From the human T2T-CHM13v2.0 reference genome, Homo sapiens, in the NCBI RefSeq assembly GCF_009914755.1, contig NC_060930.1: 64,000 bases of DNA; one strand, written 5' to 3'. Made by a program: the position numbers and the translations under genes. Positions 28,050 to 46,163 of the stretch are shown in pieces. The number at the start of each line of letters is the position of its first letter. The first letter of the stretch is position 1. Under the pieces are notes generated by a model. It was given only the letters and a program-made list of their open reading frames with translations, did not search any database and was not told where the DNA came from.

Positions 28050-28987
28050 TTATTTATATTTTTTGTTATTGTTGTAAGAACATTTAATAAGAGATCTAGT
28101 CTCTTAACGAATTTTTAATGTACCTTTAACTACAGGTACAATGTTATACAACAGATCTCCAGAGAATGTACATCTTGCCTGATTGGAACTTTATGTCTGT
28201 TATTATCAGGGTTCTCCAGGCAAACAGAACCAATAGGATATATATAGATATATGTCAGGAGATTTATTATGGAAATTGGCTCATGTGATTATGGAGAACA
28301 GGAAGTCCCACAATATGCCGTTTGAAAGCTATAGTCCTAGGAAAGCAAGTGATGTAATTTAGTCTGAGTCCTAAGCCCTAGGAACCAGGGTAGCCAATGG
28401 TGTAACTCTCAGCCTAAGGCCAAAGGCCTAAGAAGAAAGCAGGGCACTGTTAAAAGCCAGAGAGTCTAAAGTCCCTTGAACCAGGAACAGAAATTCCAAT
28501 GTCCAAAGACAGGAGGGGATGGATGTCCCATCCCAATAGAAGGTGAGAATTCACTCTTCCTCTGCCTTTCTGTCCTATGTGGACCCTCAAAAATTTGGAT
28601 GATGCCACCCACATTGGTGACAATGGATCTTCTTTACTTAGTCTACTGATTCAAATGTTAAAGTCTCCAGAAACCTCCTCTCAGATTCACCCAGAAATAA
28701 TTATTTACCAGCTATCGTAACATTCTTAACCCAGTGAAGTTGACACATGGAATTAACCACCACGATTACTAACTCCCTGTTTTCCTTTTTCCTCAGCATC
28801 TGACAACCACCATTCTACTCTTTGATTCTATGAAATTAACTTTTTCAGATGCCTCATATAAATAAAATCCTGAAGTACTGGTCTTTTTATGATTGGCTTA
28901 TTTCACTTGCATAATGTCTTCAAAGTTCCTCCATGCTGCCATATATTGCAGAATTCCCTTCTTTTGTAAGGTTGTACAGTATTCCAT

Positions 28988-29018
<31 letters not shown>

Positions 29019-29845
29019 CTCACATTTTCTTGAGCTGTTCATCTGTTGATGGACATTTTGGTTGTTTCCATATCTTGGCTATTGTGAATAATGCTGCAAC
29101 AAATATAGAAGTGCTAATATCTCTTTGATATCCTGATCTCAATATTTTCTTGACAAATACCCAGAAATAGAATTGCTGGATCATATGATAATTCTATTTT
29201 TAAGTTTTTGAGCATCATCTATATTGTTTTCCACAGCAGTTTTTGCATTCCCACCAACAGTACACAAAGATTCCAAATCTACCTCTATCCTCACTGACAC
29301 TTGCTGTCTTTTGTAAAAATGACAATCATCCTAACAGTTGTGAGGTGATAGCTCATGATTTTAATTTGCATTTACCTGATGATTTGTGATATTGAGCATG
29401 TTTCCATATATGTGTTGGACATTTGTATATCTTCTTTGGAGAAGTGTCTATTCAGATATTTAGCTCATTTTTTATTTTGGTTATTAGGGTTTTGTTGGTT
29501 TTTTTACTATGGAGTTGTAGAAGTTTCTTATATATTTTGGAAGTTAATCTTTGGAAGATATATGGGTTGCAAATATTTTCTCTCATTCCACAGTTAGCCT
29601 TTTCACTCGGTTGATTGTTTTCCTTGCTCTGCAGAAGCTTTTTATTTTGATGTAGTCTCACTTGTTTATTTTTGTTTTTGTTGTCTGTGGCTTTGATGTC
29701 ATATCCATAAAATCATTGTCAAGAACAATGTCATAGAGGTTCCTCCTATGTGTTCTTCTAGCAGTTTTATAGTTTGCAGTCTTATGTTTAAGTTTTTAAT
29801 CCATTTTGAGTTGCTTTTGTGTATGTGCTGTAAGTTGAGTCCAGT
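28050..29845 (-). mobile_element. L1MA/MB-like 3' portion interrupted by an MLT2 LTR
   Basis: Reversed ORF2 C-terminus and 3'UTR (gagaagtgtctattcagat, gcagaagcttttt). Confidence 0.8.
28198..28764 (-). mobile_element. MLT2 (ERVL) solo LTR
   Basis: tcagggttctccaggcaaacagaaccaatagga ... aagttgacacatggaattaaccaccac. Confidence 0.85.
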
Positions 29846-30948
29846 AAATTTATTTTATAGCCACTAACAATCTAAATAGCAATTCGTGAGAATATGCTTA
29901 AAGTAGGCATGGTTCTCATAAATATTATTTAAAAGAATTTTATGAAGATTATTTTTTACGACTTACTCAGTTTTTTTCCAAAGAATAAAGCATTTAGTGA
30001 TGATTTCAGGTTTTCTTAGTTCAGGATTGTTCTGGAGATCTGAAGCAAAAATATTTTTAAATGATAATATAAATGTTGAGCCTTTTGAAACAGATACTTT
30101 CATCTTTGTTGCTAATTTTTGCCCATCCTATGGAAATAAAATTATTTTTGCCATCAAAGGAAAGAGAGAGATTCTAATTTCAAGTGTGAGCCATGTGTGC
30201 TGAAAATAAACAAAAAGTGTTAAGAATTTTTGTTTAATTAAAGCTCAAAATTATGTCCTGTGTACCTAATCAGTGATCATTTAGCTTGTTGCAGTGCTTC
30301 TTATTTCTCTCTATATTAGTTCACACTTCCCAAATCAATCTCAGTTGTTTATTTATCAATGACCTGTTGTCAGAATATTACCTTGCAAACTAAGGCAATA
30401 AATAAACGACCATTCACTTTACCCGGCTCCTTTCTTCCTACACACTTCCCTTACCCTTCAATCTTCTAAAGATTTAAGTAATTAATTGAATTAAATGAGC
30501 TCTTGAATACTGGTTTTCTATTATATAATTTTATTTTCTTGGACTTAGATAAAGTACCACTCAGGTACAAAATTGTGGCAAATCCTTGAGATTGGTTTGA
30601 TACACAATGACTAGAGGCAAAGTGAAAGGGCTGTCTTTCTCTAATGATAGACTGCAGATACTTCAAAAAGATGTTTATTTCCAAGAGGCAGTCTTCTGTG
30701 TGCAAGTTATTATCAGCCCAGAATTCAATTTATTACAGATTGAAATACAAGAACAGTTTGGTATTCTCATAATTAATGTGACTTAAAAACTGACAAAGTT
30801 TGGTTTGAAGGGATCTTTTTTTATCGAAAGCAATAAAAAGATTCTAAAGAAGCACGATGATAAAGCAAGTATTTTGGCCAATATTTTATGCAAGTGGTAT
30901 TATTGTTATACATTTTAATTTTTAGGTTAAGATAAATATTAAGATTCA

Positions 30949-32515
<1,567 letters not shown>

Positions 32516-33338
32516 AATCACAAAATATACAAAGCAATTGTAGATTGTAGGAATGGCAGTATCTGGAAAGAAATATCTGGGCCCCATGGTCGGTTGTGTC
32601 CAGGCCACTGTGCAGGTCTGAGTATTAAGATATGGTAGGTACTTAAATAATAGCCTTACTCAATAGGTCTGCATGTTAGACTATATCTCCCACCTACATT
32701 CTCCCAGGTTTTCTCTTACATGGGTATACATGACATCTGTCTAGAGAAATTTTCAAAAATAAGGGCAGTAACCAGAGGTTGTAAGGATTAGAAAGTCTGT
32801 CGATAGAGAAGATATGAGAGGGTCAGAAGTGATTTTCATAAGCGAAAGAAAATATGTTCTTTTCTAAAAGTAGAAGGATTTTGTATATAATCCTGGTTTT
32901 TCTAGGAGAAAGATAACTCCACAGAGCTCTGGTAATTGATAAATACAGAGTATCTTCAGATTTCTACAAAAGGGAAAGAGATCAGATTTATCAGAAACCA
33001 GTACAAAGGCATCATTCTAAGCAGAGGAACTTATCTTCTCAGCCAGTCTCAGTAAAAACATGATTCACAAGACAACAATACGGTGGTACTTGGCAGAAAG
33101 AGGTAAAAGGAGATTGCCAGCTTGGTAGGAGCAACTAGGTTGATGTTAAACATTATTTTTATTAAACATAATTATTTAATACTCTGCCAGTAAAACCTGT
33201 AAGAAATGTTCATGAAATAAGATACTAACTTGTTTAGTGTAAAACAGTTTACTCAGATAAAAAATACACTGAGGAAATTAATATACTTAAAAAATAAGGC
33301 TCACTTACTTCAATTTGTCATTTAAGAAAAGTATTTTT

Positions 33339-33662
<324 letters not shown>

Positions 33663-35719
33663 AAGTATTTTTAATTCAAATCAGAAACTTTTTTCCCAAA
33701 ATATTTTGAAATTTTTTTAAATAGGTATTCCAAGGAACCTCATCCACAAGATATTTTACCCAAATTCAGGGTTTGTGGTCAAATCAATTTTGAAAAGATG
33801 CACACTAGATTTCTTCACTTGGATATTTGCCACAATTATAACGTATTGTTTCTATAATTAATAAATACAATTAATCTAACATTTTCCATGGCTCTTTAAA
33901 CATGAAACCCTCTCCTTTTTTCTTTAATCATAAACATCTACTGGAATCTCTGAGAACCAGTGTACCACAGAATATATTTTGGAAAATGCTGTTATAGAAT
34001 AGAATAAAAATATTTTTAATCTATGAAGTATGATGAGGTTACTTAATTATGTTATTTTTAAGGTTTGATTATCAATTGGAAAATAAAATTAAACTCCAGA
34101 AGGCAGTTTTTGTTTAGTTAATGATTCTTTGAGAAAAGAAAAATTTTATATAGAAAATAATCACACATGCTTTCCTTGAGATCAAGTTAAACTTATGCTA
34201 ATACACTCTTAATTTTCTTGTGCCAAATATTGTCCTCATCTTTATCACTGTTTTATGACATTTTTGTGTAATTATCGATTAGCTAAATTCTCATGCTTAA
34301 CATACCACTTGATTAAACTTAGTGAACAGTTTATATTGATTTCACTTAGAATAGTTTTTATTCTGTTTTATCTTACTTCTCTTTGTATTCTTGATTTATT
34401 TCTGCACCTTAGATACCTTGGTTGTAAGAGCTTAATTATCCACCCCGAGAAGAGAAATAGCATGGGTCACTGAACCCCAAAACAGCACAAAATAATCATA
34501 TTGTTTTGATAAACCTCCTTCAATATGAGTTGTTTCTTAGTAGAACTTTTAACAGGTAGACGTGTGAGTTTTACACCTCCCACTGGAAGAGCAATTTAAT
34601 GAAAATAAGCAACATAAAATTGTTAGATTCCTGTGTAAACCACAAATCTGATCATAGTTCAAAAATAGGAAAAAATGAACAAAATCTTTTAAATTGTTTG
34701 GGTCTCAATATTCAGAATTCTCTATTTATAGTGAGAAATTATGCCATTTTGCTTTCACTTTTAAGAACTGCAGGAGAAGAGTACTGAAAGAATATAAATT
34801 GATATTCAGTTAACCTATCCATAGAGCCAGCTCCTTTAATTGGAAATATTCATTTGATATGTGTGCAATAACCATGGGTAGCCTGAATGTATTTCAGGAG
34901 CTACAGCTACTTATTAAGTACATGGAGTTCTGCCAATCTACCCTGTTTGAAATGTAGGTTATAATTAAAATGTAATCACGAAGTTTCTTTGGAATTTCTA
35001 CTTAAGCTTAAGAATCAGAATTGAGCAAAATCACGTTAAGAGGTACTTATATAACAGTAGGAAAGATCTGTCTTCCTTTTGAACTAGGCTTTTACTTTTT
35101 CTTTGATTCTTTTTATTAACTAAAAAGATGGGAGATGAAGATGAATGGACTATATCCACAGGGTTTCATGACTTATTTAAAACATGGATGTTACTTACGT
35201 TCATTTTCAAGCACTTTTCTATGAAGGTTCTCCCTTGTAAAAATTAATGAATACCCCTTTAACCTAATTTACATTAATTATGAAAGACATTTAGCCACCG
35301 AGAGTGCTAGAGTAATGCATTTGCAGTTCTTGGGAATTAGTTTGAGAAAAACTTTAAAAATATTTAACATTTCAAGTTCTTTGAGCAAGTCAGCTTTTCA
35401 AAACATCTAAATAAAATAATATGGAAATGATTACTAGGTTAATTTCTATAAGTATGTAACCAGATACAAGATTAACTTTTAATCCAAGTAATAGCAATGT
35501 TGTGCATCCTGAATCTTGAGGAAAAAACTTTGTGAAGTTTCCCGTCTTAATTTAAGGAAACATATTCACTAAGAGAATACGATTCTATTTATTTTATACG
35601 AAAGGTCTTCTCTACATTACTGGGATTATTATATTTATCACCATCAAATTTATAGTCATTGACCAAGATGCACTAACTGGAATTGGATTTTTCCTCCCAC
35701 TTTTAAAAACCAGAAAAAC

Positions 35720-35932
35720 AGAATATATATGTATAAAAAACACTGGCATATGTATTGCTGTAATATATGATAATATATATTATATGTAATACATATATTA
35801 GAATATATGATAGTATATTATATAATATAATACGCTATATAAAATATAATATGATAGATAATATATAATATATTATATAATATAATGTTATATAAAATAT
35901 AATAATATATATTATAATAATACATATATATA
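35720..35932. repeat. AT-rich degenerate (TA)n tract
   Basis: Directly visible. Confidence 0.8.
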
Positions 35933-37299
35933 CAAAACAATGTTTATCAGGCAGCATAGGGCTGATTCCTTGAGAGAAGGAAATGAACAAGATGAGCCAT
36001 ATGATTGTACTTGCTTACTGCTGGTAATGAAGGCAATGTTTAGGCTGAAGCTCTGGGTGGTAAAAATACAATAGAGCCAAATGGTCAAGCTAAATTGAAA
36101 AGACAGAAACTATTAATACACAGTTAGGGGATGGAGCCAGTTGATTACCCCATATAAACAGCTCCCTTGGTAGCCTTTACCAAGATGGTTATTAGAATTA
36201 GTGATAAAATGGAAGTTTGTCAGCTTCCGTGTGTGGCTGAATAATTGTATTTGGGATTAACATAAGATTCACAATTCGTAACTACTGTCACACAAATGGG
36301 AACTTCACAGGATAAGCCAATGTTCAATCTTTGGAACTGGATTAAAGGAAGAGTACTATATATATATATATGGAAAAGGGGGGTTGTGTCACCCTGCTTT
36401 TCATCTGAAATGGGTGCTTCCACTGAGACAACAGAAATGTTGCCATTGCAAGTGATCTTAGATGTCTGGTATTTTCTTAAATGAGTGGACCAGCTGTAGG
36501 TCTGTGACCGTGCAACTGTCAAGTAAAAGACCCTGAATTATAAAAAGTCTTCCTTTTATCTATTGGCTATTTAGAATACTAGCCAAATGAACTGCCCTTG
36601 CCAAATCCAATATTTTACTATTGAATCAGTGTGGGTAATACAGGCTTTAAAACCCCTGTAAGGATCACTAGGTGGTTGGAGAATATAGAAAGATAAGAAT
36701 GCTGCAGGTAGGTCTTCCTTTCTGTCCTATTTAGAATATGTAGATGAGAATACAATCTTGAGTGACCTAGAGATGGTTCTTTTTGATTTGGGTTAATTAG
36801 CATATTTGCAGAGGCTCTTAGATCTCATTCCAGCCAAATAAATTAAACTGGTATTTATGGGATGACTATCATTCTAAGAAAAATATTAAAATGACTTAGC
36901 CAAAAGAAAAGATTGAGACAGAATGGAAGAGGACATGCAGGAATCAAAGTCTCTTTCCTTTCACAGAACTCTCCTCCTCCTTTCTTACTGTGCCTGCTCC
37001 CTCTCTTCCCCTGCATGTCTTTATTCCTCCTTACCTGAAACTGACTTTGGTGAAGGGAGAGGTGATGATCTTTCAAACAGGTGGTTTCCTTCAATAGTGA
37101 ATTTCTCTATAAGGGTGAGGGGGGGGAGGGCGGTGAAGGCACAACTCTTTTATCTGATATTGAATTACCTGCCCCGTTTGAAGATATAAGTTTGTGTGCC
37201 TTGTGGGCCAGTCCTAGTCCACTTCATAACTTAGCCCAGATTCCACCACCAAGAACTCTTTTTGTCATTTTCACACCCTGTAGTTAAGAAACTAGACAT

Positions 37300-38650
37300 G
37301 TCCTTTGCCCACTTCTTAACAGGGTTGTTTTGTTGCATATTTGTTTGAGTTCCTTGTAGACTCTGTATATTCGACCTTTGTCAGATGGATACATTGCAAA
37401 AATTTTCTCCCATTCTGTAGTTTATCTATTCACTCTGATGATAGCTTATTTGGTTGTGCAGAAGCTCTTTAATTTAATTAGATCCCATTTGTCCATTTTT
37501 GCTTTTGTTGCAATTGTTTTTGGTGTTTTCATCATGAAATCTTTGCCCATGCCTATGTCCTGAATGGTATTGCCCAGATTTTCTTCTAGGGTTTTTATTG
37601 TTTTGGGTTTTAAATTTAAGTCTTTAATCCATCTTAATTTTTGTATAAGGTATAAGGAAGAGGTCCAGTTTCAATTTTCTGAATATGGCTAGCCAGTTCT
37701 TCCAGCACCATTTATTAAATAGGGGATCCTTTCCTCATTGTTTATTTTTCTCAGGTTTGTCAAAGACCACATGGTTGTAGATGTGTGGTCTTATTTCTGA
37801 GTTCTCTATTCTGTTCCGTTAGTCTATGTATCACTTCGCAAAAGAAGATATTCATGCAGTCAATGAATATATGAAAAAAAGCTCAAAATCACTGATCATT
37901 AGAGAAATGCAAATCAAAACCATGAGATACCATCTCATACCAGTCAGAATGGCGATTATTAAAGTCAAGAAACAACAGACGCTGGAGAGGATGTGGAGAA
38001 ATAGGAATATCTTTACACTGTTGGTGGGAGTGTAAATTAATTCAACCATTGTGGAAAATGGTGTGGCAATTCTTCAAAGATCTAGAAGCAGAAATACCAT
38101 TAGACCCAGCAATCCCATTGCTGGTTACATACACAGAGGATTATAAATCATTCTTTTATAAAGATCCATGCATGCGTATATTCATTGCAGCACTATTCAT
38201 AATAGCAAAGACAGGGAAACAACCCAAATGCCCATCAATGATAGACTGGATAAAGAAAATGTACTACATATACACCGTGGAATACTATGCAGCCATGAAA
38301 AGGAATGAGATCATGTACTTTGCAAGGGACATGGATGGAGCTGGAAGCCATTATCTTAAGCAAACTAATGCAGGAACAGAAACCCAAACACTATCTTCTC
38401 ACTTGTAAGGGGAAGCTGAATAATGAGAATACATGGACACTTGGTGGGAAACAACACACACTGGGGCCTTGGAGGGGGTGGGGGAAGGGAGAGCATCAGG
38501 AAGAATAGCTAACAGGTGCTGGGCTTAATACCTAAGTGATGGGTTGATGTGTGCAGCAAACCACCATGGCACACGCTTACCTACGTAAAAAACCTGCACA
38601 TTCTGCATATGTACCCAGGAACTTAAAAGTTGAAAAAACAAACAAACAAA
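37300..38650 (+). mobile_element. 5'-inverted L1 (roughly L1PA10-13-like)
   Basis: 37300-~37830 antisense ORF2; ~37831-38650 sense ORF2 end and 3'UTR; decayed TSD aagaaactagacat/aagtaaccagacat at 37286-37299 and 38651-38664. Confidence 0.88.
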
Positions 38651-39385
38651 AAGTAACCAGACATAATAAAGAGACCTAACCAGAAAATAATTGAGAACTT
38701 AGAGGAAAGATTGTGTCTCTGTGTGAAGGCAACAGGATGGAGAGTAAATGCAGTCGTCACTTGGAAAAAGGCAAACAAGGTGTTAAGCTGATGAATGTTA
38801 ACAAGAGAAGAGAAACAAAGTGCCGCATTATTTACATTGTTCTTGTTTCAATGTGAGAAAAACTAGCCCTTCTTATTTGGATTGCCCGCAAAGCTAATGC
38901 CATTGAGAAGCTACTCAGAACTTAGTCATCCACATCCCTTCCTTGCCAGCTGGTATTACTCACTTAAAGTCTTCTTTTCCCAGTGCTCCAGAAATTTGCA
39001 GAAGTATTCCAAAGTTTCTTTTTGCTTTACAGCCCCACACATGGAGATGCAGACCAGCTGTTACATAGATGTCTGTGACCAGCAGGCTTTGCTCCTTTGA
39101 TCAAGCAAGCACATCAGGGTTCAGAAAATCATCACATCAAGGAAAACCATGGTCAAAAGAAGACGACTATCCTGTACCTTCCACAACTATGGAAGAACCC
39201 ATATTCATTTTTTATAATAACAAAGCAAAAGTTACTAATATGCACCCAGGAATTCAAGCCCAAATTTAAAACAAAAAATGATTAGAAAAATGATTTAGAA
39301 AAGAAAAAGCATATAATTAAGAGACAAGCAGAAATCTGTTATTTACAGATAAACAAAAGTATATGCCTATTGTTCATGGTGATTT

Positions 39386-40348
<963 letters not shown>

Positions 40349-41192
40349 ATTTAGTTGACTGTTATAATAGTGTTATCGTACAAATGTTGATATATACCCA
40401 ATGTGAAAAAAGGCCCATAGTGTGTGTTTGTCTTCAAGACTTAAAATAATTAGTCATATAAACACTGGAAATTCAATTTGTAACTTTTAATGAAGGCCTC
40501 ATAATCAAACTTTGCTACTAGATGATGGCTATTATTTTTTCCTAGTGTGAAACACATGGAAAAGTTAATAGGATACATAGGGCATCCTACTGGAAAGATA
40601 GAATAATTACTAAAGGGCCTAAATGCTTATATAAATGTGATGGTACTTATGTGAGTGACTTAAAACTGAGGATAAATGTATTTGACTTGCAAAGAAAACT
40701 CAAATAAAAATTTAGATTATCAGGCTTTAGAGTTAAGCTACTCCTTAGGTTTGCATTGCATAAGGCTTTAAAAGGGACAAACAAATAATACTTAAATAGT
40801 TAAGAACTTGAAAATGTAAACCATAAAGACATAACAACAATTTGTAAAAATAATGTAAGAGTAAGGAAAAGTTGAAGTATTGCTAATCAAGAATCTGATT
40901 CAACTATTCACCATTGGCATAATATAATCAAAGGTTATTTATTACCCCCAAGGCAAATAAAGTACTGACTTAAAAAAATATAATTATGTTATTCTGCAGT
41001 AATTCTAAAAATTGTTTAGCTATGAAGTTTGCTTTGCTATGGACTTCCTGGATATTTAGACAGCTGCAACTTGCCCAGAGAAGGGTAGAACCAGCAATAG
41101 AAAAAATTAGAAAATAGTATTTTCTAAATACTATAAAATAGTATAAGATAGTATTTTCTAAATACTATTTTATAGTAATGCATGGAAGAGAT

Positions 41193-41873
41193 TGTAAGAA
41201 TAAATACAAATTGAAAATAAGAGGCTTAATCCTCCGTTTTGAAAATAGGAAAGAGACTCTCCCTCACCCCTCCCTTTTCTTAAAATGTTACCTTTAGAAA
41301 ATTCATAAGTTCTTTTTCTTTCTCTTAGAAATGTATGTAAATCTTTTTTAAAACCAAAGAAGCCTCTCCACAGTCCAAAAATGTAGTAGTGATCACTTTG
41401 AAATATATTCATCAAGAAAGATAAGCACCCTTATTTTCCAGTTCCTATGAATGGGTAGAAACTTAACTTCAGTGAAAGCCTAGCTTTAAGTTTTGAAACT
41501 ACCTCCTGTGATGAAGATAAGAGAATATTATTTTTCTTTTAGAAAAAGCTTATTAGCTAACACAGACGGTCACCTCAGTCATGGAGTGGAGTGAATTTAG
41601 GATGAACTACGTCTGATTAATGTTGTCAAGTCCTCTTACCTGTGGACTAGTTTTTGTTTATCCTGAGAATATGTATGCAATGGTTGCATCTGCTTGGCTA
41701 TATAAAAGGAGAAATCTATATCTTTGCAATTTCTTAACAAATTGCCTGTGACATCATTCAGATTCTAGCTTAATGGTTATTCAATAGCAAAATTGCTTTC
41801 TTTCTATTCTACCTTTATGCCAATGTTTTCTGGGTTGGAAGGATATTTTGTTTTTAATTATATTGTCCCAAAC
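41193..41873 (+). mobile_element. Probable old ERV1-class solo LTR, family not assigned
   Basis: Starts tgtaagaataaat; TATA-like gctatataaaagg at ~41698; polyA-like signal at ~41783; LTR-like end ttatattgtcccaaac. Confidence 0.5.
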
Positions 41874-41874
41874 C

Positions 41875-43030
<1,156 letters not shown>

Positions 43031-43034
43031 TATA

Positions 43035-46000
43035 ACAATAGATGAGATTAAGCACAGGAAAGAATTTCAGAACTTGAAGACATGTCCTTTAAAATAATCC
43101 AGTCAGATAAAAATTGAGAAATAAAAATTTTTAAAAATGAACAAAACCTACAAGATATTTGGGACTACAAAAAGTGACCAAAAGTATGAATTATCAGTAT
43201 TTTTATTGGTGAAGAGAGATTCAAAGCCTTAGAAAATCTATTTAACAAAAGAATAGATGAAAACTTCCCAAGTTTAGCAAGAAATTTAGATATGAAGACA
43301 CAGGAGGCTCAGCAATCTCCATGTAACTACAATGCAAAAAGGAATTTGCCATCTTATATTATAATCAAAGTGTCTAAAGAAAGAATTCTAATGTCAGCAA
43401 GAGGAAAGTATCTAATCACCTAAAGAGAAAACTCCCTCAGACTAACACAGGGCTTCTCAGCAGAAACCTCTCAGGTCAGAACAGAATATAAAAAATTCAA
43501 CGAAACAAAAAAGTTGGTTCTTTGAAAAGATATGCAAGTTGATAAACCATGAACTAGGCTAATACAAGAAAAAAAAAAAGAGAAAGACCCAAATAAGCCA
43601 CCTCAGAAATGAAAAAGGAGACATTACAACTGATACCTAGGAAATACAAAAGATCATCAGATATACTATTAGGAATAAGTACATGTTCAAAAACTAGAAA
43701 ACCTAGAGGAAACTGATAAATTATTGGAAACAAACAACCTCCCAAGATTGAACTATGAAGTAACAGAAAACCTGAACAGACTATAATGAGTAGTGAGATT
43801 GAATCAGTAATAATAATAATAATAATAATAAACTCACAACAAAAAGAAGACCTGAGTGAATTCACAGCCAAATTCTTCAAAATATACAGAGAATAACTCA
43901 TATCAGTCTTCCTGAAACTATTCCCAAAAATTGAAGGAGAGGGAATTCTCCCTATCTCATTCTATGAGTCCAGTATCACCCTGACACATAAAACCAGACA
44001 AATACACAACCAAAGAAGAAATCTACAGACCAACAGTGCTGATGAACATAGACACAAATATTTTCAATAAAATACTAGCAAATAGTATCCAAGAGCACAT
44101 AAAAGAGATAAATCACCATGATCAAGTAGGTTTTATACCCAAGGATAATTCAACATGCACAAATCAATAAATGTGATACATTGCATAAACAGAATTAAGG
44201 ACAAAAACCATATGATCATCTCAATAGACAAAAGGCATTTGACAAATTTCAGCATCCTTTCATGATTAAAAAAAAAACTAGGCACACAAGGAACATGTTC
44301 AAAATAATAGAAGCCATTTATGACAAATGTCATCCAGCCAACATCATACTGAATTGGGAAAAGTTGAAAGTACTTCCTTTAAGAACTTGAAGAGAATGAG
44401 GATGCCTACTTTCACCACTCATATTCAACATATTACTGGAAGTTCTAGCCAGTGTAATCAGGCAATAGAAAGAAATATAAAACATCTAATCGCAGAAGTA
44501 GAAAAAAAATCCTAAATTTTATATGGAACAAAAAAAGGGCCCAAATAGCCAAAGTAATCCTCAGAAACTGGAAAAGAGGAAGTCAAATCATCCCTTTTTT
44601 GCTGATGATATAATTTTATATCTAGAACAACCTAAAGACTCCATCACAAAAACCTGTTAGATTTAATAAAGAAACATAGTAAAGTTGCAGGATACAAAAA
44701 TCAATGTACAAAAATCAGTAGTGTTCCTATATATCAATAATGATCTAGCTGAAAAGAAGGGATTCGCATTTATAATAGCCACAAAAAATATAATACCTAA
44801 AGTATATTCAACTATGGAGATTAAAGATCTCTACAAAGAAAACTACAAAACACTAATTAAAGAAACTGAAGGCAACACACACACGTACACACACACATCC
44901 CACAAAGATATTCTATGTTCATGGATTGGAAGAATCAGTATCATTAAAATGACAACACTATCCAAAGCAATCTACAGATTCAATGCAATCCCTATCAAAA
45001 TATCAATGTTATTTTTCACAGAATTAGAAAACAAATCCTTAAATTCATACGGAACATAAAAAGACCCCAAATAGCCAAAGCACCTCTAAGCAAGGAGAAC
45101 AAAACTAAAGGTATTGCATTGTGTGACTTCAAATTATACTACCAGGTTGTACTAATGAAAATAGCATGGTACTGATATAAAAAAGGCAACATAGATCAAT
45201 GGAAAGAATAAAGAACCCAGAAATGATGTAATGCCACATATTTACAGTTAACTGATTTTTTTAAAAAGCTGACAAGAACATACACTGGGGAAAGTACAGC
45301 TTTTTAAATAAACGGTGCTGGGAAAATTGAATTGCGATATGCAGAAAAATAGTACTTTTACCTTTATCTTTTACCATATACAAAAATCAATTCAAGGTCG
45401 ATTAAAGACTTAAACATAAGACCCCAGACTATAAAAATACTGGAAGAAAACCAATGAAAAACTCTTCTGGACATTCATCTAGGCAAATAATTTATAACTA
45501 AAACCTCAAAAGCACAGGCAACAAAAACAAAAATAGACAAACTAGACTCAATTAAACTAAAAATCTTCTGCACAGCAAGAGAAATAATCAAGAAAGTAAC
45601 AGACAACTGCAGAATGGAAGAAAAAAATGGCAAACTGTGCCCCCAACAGTAGGCTAATATCCAGAATATACAAGGAACTCAAATAACAACAAAAACTCCA
45701 AATATTCCCATTAAAAAGTGGGCAAAGGACATGAACAGACATTTTTCAAAAGAAGACATACAAATGGCCAACAGGTATATGAAAAAATGTTCAACAATGC
45801 TAATCATCAAAAAAATGCAAATTAAAACCACAATGACATATCATCTTACCCTAATCAGAATGGCTATCATTAAAAAGACCAAAAACAACAGATGTTGTTA
45901 AAATGTGGTGAAAAGGGAACACTTATACACTATTGGTGGAAATGTAAATTATTAACAATTGTATAGAAAACAGTATGGAAATTTCTCAAAAAACTAAAAA

Positions 46001-46163
46001 TAGAACTACCATTCAATGTAGCAATCCCACTGCTGGGTACCTACCCAAAGGAAAAGAAATTAATATTTAAAAAATGCATAAACTTGTAGGATGACCATAG
46101 CACTATTCAAAATAACAAAGATAAGGAATCGACCTAAGTATCCACCAACAGATGATTGGATAA
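43035..46163 (+). mobile_element. Old L1 (L1PB/L1MA-like): partial ORF1 joined to ORF2, 3' end missing
   Basis: ORF1-like at 43035-43485, then a jump to post-endonuclease ORF2; peptides KDLYKENYKTL, CSWIGRISII. Confidence 0.85.

Noticed and set aside
41114-41170. Duplicated small palindrome atagtattttctaaatactat
   Set aside because: A short AT-rich local duplication with no supportable function.
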